The notes under the pieces were generated by a model. It was not told the origin of the DNA, did not search any database, and saw only the letters and a list, made by a program, of their open reading frames with translations. The translations under genes and the position numbers were made by a program. DNA of 64,000 nt from Vicugna vicugna (taxonomy: Eukaryota): the NCBI GenBank assembly GCA_013265495.1, contig MU058103.1, positions 684,001 to 748,000 on the forward strand. Reading direction: 5' to 3'. Position 1 is the stretch's first letter. Each line of letters begins with the position of its first letter. Positions 25,533-37,052 of the stretch are shown piece after piece.

Positions 25533-26599
25533 AGCTCCTTTGTAAATCCCAGCTGTTGCCAAACTACACAGATTGACCATAGCAGTCCATCCTCATAATC
25601 TTACACAGGAGAAGGCATTTGGCTGAGTACTGTTAAATGAGCAAAGTATTGGACCTGGAACTTCAGGGTGGTGAAAGATAAATCTGTTGCAAGGCAGGAG
25701 GCACACACAAAATGGACTTTGAGTTTTAAAGATCCAAATCTATGTATACACTTATTATTCTGTAAGTTTTTTCCACAGTGCTTCATTAAACCAACCAACA
25801 AATATCTATTTTGTTCTTACTGCTCACAGGGACTTTTGATAACCTACAATGCATACTTCTGTGATAAGCTTTTCAGCTAGAGTACAAAGCCATCTCTTCA
25901 TAGCACTTATGCCATTTATAGTATACCAACGTGCCTCTTTAACATAAAAATATGACTGCATCCTTGTTTTATTTTTAGTTTCATTTTACAGTGAGAAAAA
26001 AAGTGAGTCTCTGAGAGGTTAAGTGAATTAATTGACCAAGGTCATCAGGTTTTAAATTTAGGGTAATAGACACTAAGTTCTTATTTCTTTCCATTATTTT
26101 ACTGTCCCCTTCTATTGCTTTTCACTGAGTAAAAGATTTTTTTTTCTTTTAAAGGGAGCTGTTTGATACAACTTGCATCTTTCTAATTCTTAATTATTTT
26201 CTGTATAACTGGTTTTATCCCCAAATGGTGTTTTAAACATTAAATAATAAAGAAATAAGATAGATTTAAAGTCAAAATCTGAAGGGATTTTAATATGGGA
26301 TTGCATAACAATAATTGGGTTGAATAACATTGGGTACACATTTTATGGGAAACAGATACTTGTTTTTAATGTGTCCAAGCTAGTAGTTTTTCTTCTTTGT
26401 TCTCATAGGTAGATGCATCTTTCTGAGCCTACATCTTTTCTATAAAGGCCACTATTGAAGCTTTTATAGCATCAGGGTAGAGGTCATTGTGCATACTTTT
26501 TATTCCATTATTACTGTAACTGTCTATTGTCCCTTTATGACTATGGTACTGTGGATATACAAAAATGATAGGAAAGATGTATGGAAGAAAGTTAAATTT

Positions 26600-27070
26600 T
26601 ACTAAATGTATGATTTTTTGCAAGTTACTTAACCTTCCTGAGCTTTGGTTTCCTCTTTCATGAAATGGGGATAATAATCAAACATCACAGGGTTGTGATG
26701 AAGACTAAGTGAGCCAGTGATTTAGATAGATAGATAGATAGATAGAACTGAAAACAGTACTTAGTAAGTGAAGTGTAATTGTAAGTCTAAGAGAAATACA
26801 AGATGTGTATGTAATGAAGTTAACATTTATTAAGCACTTCTTATAGGGAGGGTCTCTTCCAAGTGCTTTATCTATGTTACTTTATGTTAATGTTCATACT
26901 CCTATGGGACATGCATCTTTTGAGCTTTATTTTACTGAGGATAAAACTGAGATTTAGATTAAATAGGTGTTTTGCCAAAAGTTCCACAACTATCGATGAA
27001 TGGAGACAAGATTTAGATCCATGCCTTTCTAATTTTAAGACCCATGATTGCAACCATATTTATACTGTAT
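26600..27070. mobile_element. Two tail-to-tail MIR fragments with (TAGA)n at 26723-26746
   Basis: gcaagttacttaaccttcctgagctttggtttcc (+); ttttactgaggataaaactgagatttag (-). Confidence 0.75.
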
Positions 27071-28080
27071 TTCTTAAATTACCTTTACTTATTAAGTGAG
27101 ATGTATAGCCTAGTATTTGTTGTATAGGCGCTGGTTTATGCACTAAAGTGGTATAATTAGATATCAAAATGTCAGTAGCCTAGAAGTAGCTAAAATTGAA
27201 CTTTCTAATGTATATTTTTAGAGTTAATCAAATCTTATAAAATAAAATGCCAGGAGCCACATTTTGCCTCTTGACCATTCCTCTAACTGGTTATTATGGG
27301 ATGCAGTTGCCGTGGTTTCCGTATAGGACCAAGCTGAGATGAGAATGAGAAAGCTATGGGAAGTCCTGTAGCCTAAATCAGCTTGAGGTTAAGTTTAAGT
27401 ATTCGTAGAATGTTTGATCATCCTATTCTCAGGATGTTGGGAGCATCACAAAATCCATGAAGCTACCAGGTTTTGTGAGTCAAGTTAGTCTCTATCTTAT
27501 TTTTCCCTGTCCTGTGACCTTCAGACACCACAGCTAGTTAGTGCCAACAAATTATAAATCAGAGTTAGCAGGAGAGTGAAGTCTGTCAGTATTGTAGTAG
27601 TAAATGGTGCAATGTAGAATTAAAATTGTATAGTGGAAAGAATAATGGGCTTCATCTCCCTGCTTTATTATATAGTATTACACAGTGTGATTCCAAACAA
27701 GTTACTTTCTCTGTGTTTCAATTTCCATGAGATGAAAGGTCAGAAAGACCCAGATTCAAACCTTGGCTCTGCGCCTTAATAGCTTTTTGACCTTAGACAA
27801 GACCTATTATTTGTTCTTTCAGTTACATTTTTAATAAAAAGAAAGCATGAATATCTGCTTCATAGGGTTGTGAGGATTAAGCTAGGGTAATATGTATAAA
27901 GCACTCAGATGTATGCATTGAATATAACAGGCATTTAATAAATATTAGCATTACTGATCACACACATTGCATTCTTCCTATCACTTATATTTTGCCTGCT
28001 CTGTATCAGGCACTGTTCTAGTGCCTGGATGTAAGATTTATCTAACTGAAGATGACCATAGGGAGAATTAAATTAAATGA

Positions 28081-28817
28081 TGCCGGAGTCCAGCCCCAGC
28101 GGGTTCAGGAACCTGAGGGAGGAGTAGCGTCGGCGCGAAGAAAGACACACTTCAGCAGCTCATGGCAGCAGGTTCTCCGCCAGTTTTACGCATGTTGTGG
28201 TATTTATACTTATGCTTAGAAGCACTTGCGGTTTCAAAATACAGAGGGGGAAGTACAGTACTAACAATTTCAGTCTTTGTTACGCTTCCGCGGTTAGCTC
28301 TTCCGGAACAGTTCAAACAATCTGCGCCTTCACTGTCCTTTTACTAGTTCCACTTGGCCGCTTCAGTGTTCATGAGGATCTTGATTTAATCTTGTTCCTT
28401 TTCCTTCTTCCATTAACTCTGCTGTACCAGAACGTTCAGACCGACCAATTCCTCTTTATTCTTTTTGGCTCCGAGAATTTTTAAGATTATATTGACCCAG
28501 ACAGACCATTCTCAAATAGCTAATTAACAGGTTGACATCAGAATTCTTTGAAGCCTGATTTAAANNNNNNNNNNNNNNNNNNNNNNNNNNNNNNNNNNNN
28601 NNNNNNNNNNNNNNNNNNNNNNNNNNNNNNNNNNNNNNNNNNNNNNNNNNNNNNNNNNNNNNNNNNNNNNNNNNNNNNNNNNNNGCAAAGCAAAAGCAAA
28701 ATCCTAAGAAGATGCAGAGAACCTCGCCACAACTTTTCTTACCACTGCTGTGCAGTGGCCCCCTCATAGGCCTCGCTGTGCGTACAGCCTCAGGGTCTGG
28801 TGGCGTGGCTCCCGACA
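28081..28817 (-). mobile_element. Young ERV2-type LTR spanning an assembly gap, inserted in a MIR
   Basis: TGCCGGAGTCCAGCCCC...GGCTCCCGACA termini; TSD aaatga/taatga (28075-28080/28818-28823); CpG-rich; minus-strand TATAAATA. Confidence 0.88.
28565..28684. other. Assembly gap (120 N)
   Basis: Run of N. Confidence 1.
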
Positions 28818-31800
28818 TAATGATGCATACAGACTGAAGAATAAGGACCTGGCATTTAGTAGATGTTCAATAAATATTAGAACATGAGTTGCAGTGATAT
28901 TTAAGTATTGCCAAACACCCACGCAGGCATAATTTGTGTTAGCAATAAAGAATGGAGAAGGCAATTTTATATTAATTCATTTATTATATTCAACAATATG
29001 TATCACCAGTCCTGTATGTGGCAGGGATCCTGTGCATCAAGGGGAAAGCAAAGGTTAATAAGACTGGGTCTCTTCTCTGTAGATTGTCTTTATTTTGAGA
29101 TCCAAGTGTCTGTGGATAACTTCATGGTCCACGAATTCTCTGAAAGAATATGTACAAATGAGTATCTTTATTTTGCAGGCAGGGCATCTGTTGCTTTTAT
29201 CAGACTCTTGAGAGCAGCACCCCTAGGAGATCTCAATACAGAGAAAAGGGTGGACTCTGATCTTTAATTATAGCTTTGGCAGCACTTCTGATCCTCAGCT
29301 GTCTGGACCTTGAACTCAGACACAATGGGGTTCAAATTCCAGATGCCTTCCCTGTTTGCTCTATGATTTAACTTGAAGCTCAAATTTTACATGTCAAAAA
29401 CTGGGCTAGTGAGACATACCTCTCAGGCTTGCCTCAGTGATGCATGCCAGAAAGCATCTCACAGTATCTGGCGCTTTGTAGGTATTCAAAATTAATGGTT
29501 CCCCCCACATTGGTGACTGCCTCAGAGACCAGTAGGATGCCTTCCTCATCAAAGAAGCTCAGTCACAGCTTACTGATTTATTGTCATTGATCAGGATCTT
29601 GTGCTTTCAGAGACTAGTTCAAATGAAAGTGATATAAAGCGTCAAAACATGAACACAGCCAGTGATCATCAAAGCAGAAAACCTTGGCTCATGTCATAAT
29701 CCATAGGTATCAGCTCACACATCTCATAGTGTACCTGTGGCGACCTGTCGCTTTAGACATAATCCCTGTCACAATATAATTGTGTGACATTGTGATTCAG
29801 ATCTCCCCGGGCGTTACAGAAACTGGCTTCCTGTGTACATGAGGTGTGAGATGGGACACAAGTGCACATTATCCCTCAGATGTTTCTCATAACAAGAGGA
29901 GCCTGTGGCGCTTCAAGTCACACAGCAGCACAGACTAATAAGACCTCACAGGGAGAAGAGAGTCTGCTAAGAGCCACAGAATGGTACACAAATGCTGATA
30001 AAATACAACAAGGTGGCAGTGATGGTGGAGGGGGGTTTTATAGAATAAATGGCTGTCATTGCAAGAAAATAGAGTCATCACTTAGGAAGATATTGAGTCA
30101 TTATTACACGATAGCAAAACACATAATACAATCTTGCTATTAATATTGGAGATTATTGCAATCATGGTGCACATCTTGTCTCCTTTCAGTGAAAATCTCT
30201 ATAGCTTCCAGCACTCGTACCATAGAACCAGTGTCATGAAAACCTGTAGCATCAGATGGGAATATGAATCCAATGTGGTCAGTGACGAATCCTGGGCTGC
30301 ACACTTGCGTCTTTGCATGACCAGAACCTCTCAATGTCAGAACCTGGGATATATATTCCACAAGAGTAGTAAATAGAAGTTTTTATGAATAGGTTACCTT
30401 TCTTTAGAAGCAAAATATATTTAACAGAAGTTAATATTTTCCATTTTGTTATAAAGCATCAGTGATGGTATTTTCAATAAATGATATTCCCAGTTATCAC
30501 TGGATAAAATCTAAATTCCTTACCACCATATTGGTATATAAGCATATTTATGTTAGGGATCTAATAAATATGTGGAAACACAGTAATGAACCAACATGTT
30601 ATGGGCTTTGCCTTCAGTGAGCTTCTACTCTACTGGAGGAGTCAAACTGTAAAACACTTAGAGTTGGGGTGGTGGTGGCAGTGGTAAATTTGTGATGAGG
30701 AAAATCCATGATAATATGAGATTATATAACAGGGTCATCAAACCAAGATTTAGAGAATCAGGAAAGATTTCTCAAAAGAAGTAACACCCAGACTGACATT
30801 AAGGATAAGTTAAAGTTAAGCAGATGAACAGTGGGGATGGGGGTATATAAGCAAAAGACCAGAGATAAGTGAGGCATGTGATGTATTATGAAAAGTGGAA
30901 GAAATTCAGTAAACTGGGGCATAAATTAGCAAGTGGATGGAAAATTGCAAAGAGATGATGGTAGAGAACGAAGCAGATTCCAGAGTAGCTTTGCATGAGA
31001 AAAAAACCAGAACTGTGCATATGGCTAGTCTTTGAAAACTTCTCTAACTTGTGTGATAAATGCTCGCTTGTTTCTTTACTCCTCGTGGGTTCCGACACGC
31101 ATAAGAAGACATTAATCGATGCAGCCTAGAAAAAACAATCATGGCCTGTTTGTTTGCATGGTCGGCATGGAATGTCTTTGGCTACTTTTCACAAACCATC
31201 AAAGTGAAGAAATCTTCAAAAGCCTTTGTATAAGAAGATTAAAAGACGTTGACAAAAATTTTACCACCATGAAACTTCCATCTAGTGGAGAAGATAGATA
31301 ATCAATATATAAACAATATATAAAAAATACATTAGATAGCAATACATTATGAAGAAAATTTATGCACATTGATTTAAATTAAATGGAAATGGTTTAAAAC
31401 GGATCCTTAGAATAAAACTGTCCAAGATTACTCTGACTTGCTTTAAACCAGAGAGCTTTCTACATAGAATATTAGAATCATTTTAACTGGATCCAGCCAG
31501 TCTTAGGCTTTTACCTGCTAATGGTACATGTACATTTTTTTTGCTTTACTATTTATTCATATTCTAATGCACATTGCAGAACAGATCATATTCCACCTTT
31601 CTGGTTCCAGACAGATTATAAATACTTGGATTTAGGAGGCTGAGAATGAGTTAGAAAACAAACAACTCTTCTTTGTGTCATTTGTGTTATTCTAATAAAA
31701 AAGACACTTCTCAGTTTCCATTAACTTTATTGTGCGTTAATTATATAAATATATAAAATGTATATCAAAGCACCACCCCAAGTGGCATACTGCTATATTA

Positions 31801-34307
31801 CGATTAATAACAGAAACTTCTAAAATTAGAAAAATAGAAAGCATCTGAGCAAAACTAAAAAGTAACTTCATTTCTTTTCTCTTTAAACCTTTTTTAAAGG
31901 CAAGTTAAATTATGAGGAGTAAGTCTGATCAAAATAAAGCTCCATAATTCACTCATTTGTTTACTAAAGAGCCATTTTCCTTCATCCACAGTTGTTTCCT
32001 CTGTTTTAAGTGTTATTAAAGGATAATAATGTCCTTCATCTCTCACATTTCAAAATAATTTACCTTCGCTAGGATGGTTTCAAGGTTTAGATGCATGCTG
32101 CTTATCCAACTTGTGCTTGCACATCAAAATTTAATGATAGAATTATTGCTTATGAGTCTCCAGATTTCACTCTAGCTATTATGGAATATGATGCATACAT
32201 ATATTTAGAAAACTTTGTGATATAATTCAATTACAGGAACTAAACACAGATTGTACTGTTCCCTGACCATTTATTCTACCTCAAGCCTTGGACACAGACT
32301 TTTTAATTTTATATTTGTTCTTTAACAGCATGTATTAAAAATACACTAAAAGCTACTGCTTTCTCAACAACATCATGGTCACAGTTAGTTAAATATTTAA
32401 TGCTACCAAGCACGAGGCAGGGCGTGCGATGAGCATGAACTTGACTATAAAACCAGTGTAATGGGTTTAGATCCCTTGGGACCCCACCATGCTCTGTACT
32501 GATCCAGTAAAAGAGGGAAAAGTCTCATCAAGATGCAAGTTTAAGTAGGAATTTGTCCGGCTGCATCCGCTGTCAAGATTAATTATAGATCTCTGAACCT
32601 GATGTGTTTTCTTAATATATTGCATCACTTTACTAGTCTGCAGTCAAGCTAAAATATTAGGTGTGGCTTTGTATAATTCTAGATAATTCTCTTTTCCAGA
32701 GTGACACTGTTCAGCATATTTTGTTTTGATAACTTAGAAGTTTTCATTGGTGAGTTGCCATTTGTCCTTGCATTTGCCTACTGAAATTAGGATAATCCTT
32801 TGGCAATAGTAGCAAAATTCTGAAAAAATGCAAGGGACTGCTCCATAAGAAAATGTAGCCATCTTCTCTAGGGTGTATATCTTGAAATGAAAGGACAAGG
32901 CAGTAAAGACATTAAAAATCATTACAAGCTATTTCTCCGTGTGAATCATATAGTCTGCCTTAAAAAATAAAGCATAAAAAATTAAGAAAGACCCAAATAA
33001 TATTTTAAAGCTGAAATCCTCCCTTTATTAGATCCAACAGACTATTGTAGTTAAAAAAAAAAAAGAGGTTATATCTCAAAGAAGTTTAAAGGACAAGTTT
33101 ATAGTGAGACAGACATAAAACTGAATGGGGTATCAGTGTTTACTAACTGTGTAAAGTTATTTGATTTTTTTGATCCTTAGTTTTCTCATTTATAAAATCA
33201 AAAAAAAATAGCAATGTTTTGGATTTGTTATGATGTTTACATAATAGAAGGTGATTATCACAATGCTGGGCCCATCCCATCACTAAATGTCAGCTGAAGA
33301 ATAGGCATACTCTTCATAGCTATTGTTTCATTGTGATGCATCCTCTTAATGGACGACCATTTATGGGATGACCATTAGCTGAAATGACTTAGTGGTGACC
33401 GTTGCACTCAGTATCATTAAACAAGAAACCGCTGAAATCAACCAGGTTTTATTTTTCTCCAATCTTCTTTAAGAGGTCAGTACTCTTAGCTGCAGGACAT
33501 AGCAAGATCTGTCTGCATTTTCTGGACCTTCTCCATTAGCTCTCTCTCCCTACATCTGAGCTCCCATCTCTTCATTGTATGGACCATTATATGCAGAAGA
33601 AGATACTGTCAAAGCCCTACTCTGAATGTGAATAGGTCAGCCAAATCTCAGTGTAGAGAAAGACAAAATCCAGGTGCTGGATCCCTCCAGGAAGACAGAT
33701 CCCAGGGTCACTCTGCAATAGAGGTGAAAGCTGGATTCAGGGTAGTTGATGAAAAAAGATGTGGGGCAGAGTTTAAGTTGGGTAGAAATCAGTTAAGAAA
33801 GGAGATAGTTTAAAAAGACGTAAAGGGGTGCTAGTCGACGAGAATCAGGTCAATGAAGATTGGATATTATATTTACTTATTTATTAGATTTCTTTAGAGT
33901 GGGAACAGACCCTTAAAGGAACTGAATGAGGCTGAACGATAAGCAGCTTGGTTGTCGTCTTCATCAAAATTGTTTCCATCGTCATCATCATCATCATCAT
34001 CATAATCTTGTTTTCAGAAAAATAAGAAAGTAGGTTAGTGCTACAATGAAACAGTCTAACAGTAGGTTAAAGCCAAACTTGGTTATTATTGTATAATCTT
34101 TACACAGCAGATTATTGATTGATTAATTTTTGTTGAGATGTGATTCATTTTGTTGAGATAAAATTCACCATTTTAAAGGTTCAGTGGTTTTCATTCTCTC
34201 TTCCACCCCATGCCCTAGCAATCTAATTTATTGCTTTCTTACTATTCGGTCCTGTCTTGAAAAGTTGTAGATCTGACTTCTAGTTAATCAAGATTTACTA
34301 ATCTGAG

Positions 34308-35189
34308 TGTGTTAACTTCTTCCTGTTGTTGCAACAAATTATGATAAATTTAGTGACTTAAAACAATGCACATTTAGTATCTTGTAGTTTTGAAGGTCTT
34401 ACTGAGAAGGAAAAGCCGGGCTGGGCTAACAAGATAACTCATAAATCTAAGTGTAAAAAGTGATGGTTTACTGATCTAAGTTCTGCTGGGCTAACTCGTA
34501 AATCTGAAGTTTAGTGTCAGTTTACTGGGCTAACAAGACAAGTCGTAAATCCAAGCTCAACAAGTGTCAGTAACGTGATCTGTTCCTCATAGTTAAGTTC
34601 CAGTGTACTGATTCCTTGGTTTTGCGATTTGAGCCTTATTGGCTAATAGCCCCAATACTTGTAATTAACCCTGTAAAACCCCTGCACACGTCTTGGAGGT
34701 GCTCAGAGCTTCGGAGCAGAAGCCCCTCTGAGGCCGCTGGCGTAATAAATCTGTGTACTCCATCCCTCCAAGTGGTGCTTGTTTCTTGCTGGTCTGTCAT
34801 TTCTATAACATTACTAAGCGAAACGCAAAGTGTTACCAGGGCTGAATTTCTTCTGGAGGCTTTAGGGAGAATCTATTTCCTTGCCATTCCAACTTCTAGA
34901 AGCCACCTGCATTCTTTGCCCCTTTCTCCATCTTCAAAGCCAACAACATAAGCATCTTCAAATCTCCTCTCTCTTTGACTCTGTTCCACTTATCTTCATC
35001 TTTCACTTAGAAAGACCCTTTGGTTACATTTGGACCCACCCAGATAATCCAGGTAATATCTCCACCTCACGATCCTTAACTTAATCACATCTACAAAGTT
35101 CCTTTTGACACATAGGGGAACATGTACAAATTCTGAAGATTCAGATGTGGACATCTTTAGGGGAGGGTGTTGTCATTCAGCCTGCCACA
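34308..35189 (-). mobile_element. MLT1 MaLR LTR split by a family A LTR
   Basis: tgtgttaac...aacaaattatgataaatttagtgacttaaaacaa start; ttctggaggctttagggagaatc; cagcctgccaca end. Confidence 0.88.
34403..34810 (+). mobile_element. ERV1-type solo LTR related to family A (different subfamily)
   Basis: TG...CA; TSD TTAC (34399-34402/34811-34814); both ends match the reverse complement of 9279-9692 but the middle differs; AATAAA at 34744. Confidence 0.92.
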
Positions 35190-35570
35190 TCAAAATTTGT
35201 GTCAATATGCTATATTACAAGAATAATACTATTTTAGTGTATTTTGTGTCCCTTGAGATCCTTCACCTCTAAGAAATGTTCTTGAACACTTCTCTGGATT
35301 TCACAGCCTAAGAAATTGAATGAAAAGCCCACCTTAAAATATAAGCTCATTTCCAGGGAGTGTACACTCTTACACTCTGTGTCAATCCCATCTGAAATGA
35401 ATTCCATTTACTGATTTCCACAAAATATATCTATCACATTAGTTGGAAGGTTTGTCTATTTTACTAAAAATTTGAAAGTGTGTGGAGATGACCGTTTATC
35501 TCACTGATTCCCTTCTTTGTTTTTTCACTCTGACCTTCTGCATCTCTCCTCTTGTCCCCCTACCTCTCAG

Positions 35571-35975
35571 ATATCCTGGGATTTCCAAATTCTCTATTAT
35601 GCAGAATGGTTCATTTTTTAATGACGTCAATGATCAAATTTGGGAAACTACACGAAAACACATCAGAGCAAGGGGCCCTCACTGAAGAAGTTTCTGTGTC
35701 TGTTGAAATGGCTGTGGCTGTACGTGGCATAGTTATGTTTTCTCCCATTGTGAATATAACATTACAACTTATATAAAGATTGTTATCATGGATAATTCAA
35801 AGATGATGCTTAATGTCTTCAGTTATTTGGGTGCATGTTTGATATGGCTATCTCGATAACATCTTGTTTGTTGGCATTTATCACATATTAATTTGATTTG
35901 CTTCATTACTCACTGTATACAAGGCATTCTATTAACTGCATGCTTAATAAAGAATAAAAAGAAGAGTAAAACCTA
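35571..35975 (+). other. Candidate 3'-terminal exon of an unidentified transcript
   Basis: About 80-nt AG-free pyrimidine tract with CTGAC branch point ending ctctcag|; AATAAA at 35946 and 35953. Confidence 0.3.
35622..35629. promoter_or_regulatory. Full CRE palindrome TGACGTCA
   Basis: Exact 8-mer with intact CpG in unique sequence; function not shown. Confidence 0.35.
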
Positions 35976-36458
35976 TATTCTTGATTTCATTGGCTCACAT
36001 GTTTATTGGTTTACTTTAGCCATTGTCCATCCGTATCTTTGGTCTGGCTCTCACCTTTGGTGAATTGTCTTGTACCTACCCACAGATGATGGTCAAGATG
36101 AACTGATAGCAATAGAAGACCTGGCTTTAACACTACTGTAAATGGTGTCCATTAACTTACTCCTAGTTGCCATGGAAATAGCAGTGTTAAGATAGAGATT
36201 TTTGAGAGACAAAAATGACTTCTTGAATAAGCTTCTTAAAGGCACACATCTGGCACAATGAAACCTCAGAAATTTCAGTTCCTCTATACAGCCAGTGCAC
36301 ATACACCTCAGAAAGCTATAAAATGTTAGGGACTATCTCTCTTTCTCCAGGAACTCCAAGAAAATAGTGACTTTGACTTGCACATCTCTGAATCACCAGT
36401 TCTGAAACTCAGAGCCTAGCAAAGAAGACGTGTTCACTGACTGCTTCTGGGTTGAAAT

Positions 36459-37052
36459 TGAAATGGGAGGAAAGGGGGCAGGGCACAATCACTGACGGAA
36501 TGACAGCAATATGACAGAAGAAACTGGTTAGAACCAAGATGGCAGAAGATTCGACTTCCAGTAGACCTTCAGCCTCAGGCACACCCATAGGTACCATGAC
36601 AGTGCCTAGACTGACCATAAAAGGTCAAAAAGTAGGCGAGGGTGGCACTTCCTAGAAATCCTCGCCCCTTCCCCAAGGTAGTTGGAATAATCTTCCTGTC
36701 CATTAGCATTTGAAATTACTGAGCCCATAAAACCTAACAACTCCACACCTCGCAGCCGCTGTCTCTCTCTTGTCTTCTAAGACGCCTGCACTCTGTCTAT
36801 GAGGTGTGTATCTACTTTTACTTTAAACTAGATACCCCCACACCCCTCGGCTTCTCTCCCTCTCACCTTCCTGAGATGGCCCACATTCTGCCTATGGAGT
36901 GTGTATCTCCTAAGCCGCTCTCCCTTCTGAGTGAGAGAGACCGCACTCTGTCCGTGGAGTGCGTATCTCTCTAAATAAACTTGCTTTCACTTTACCATGC
37001 CTTGCTCTTGAGTTCTTTCCCGTGCAAGGCAGGAACCTATTCTCCCACAACA
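36459..37052 (+). mobile_element. MER41-like ERV1 solo LTR
   Basis: aataaacttgctttcactttac...ttctttcc U5 as in MER41; aaccaagatggc; three cactctgtctatggagtgtgtatct repeats; ends CAACA; TSD unclear. Confidence 0.82.
36649..36657. promoter_or_regulatory. GAS motif TTCCTAGAA inside the MER41-like LTR
   Basis: TTCNNNGAA at the position homologous to 5984-5992. Confidence 0.45.

Noticed and set aside
28456..28818. ORFs spanning X runs
   Set aside because: Artefacts of the N gap.
30094..30100. AP-1 sites TGA(C/G)TCA here and at 12077, 39728 and 52797
   Set aside because: The count is about what chance predicts for a 7-mer in 64 kb.
29862..30376. Overlapping ORFs of 73-93 aa as a coding exon
   Set aside because: No recognisable protein, only moderate splice signals, and lengths within chance range.
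31275..31290. CTCF-like CCACTAGATGG on the minus strand
   Set aside because: It lacks the following core C and lies in an L2-like remnant.
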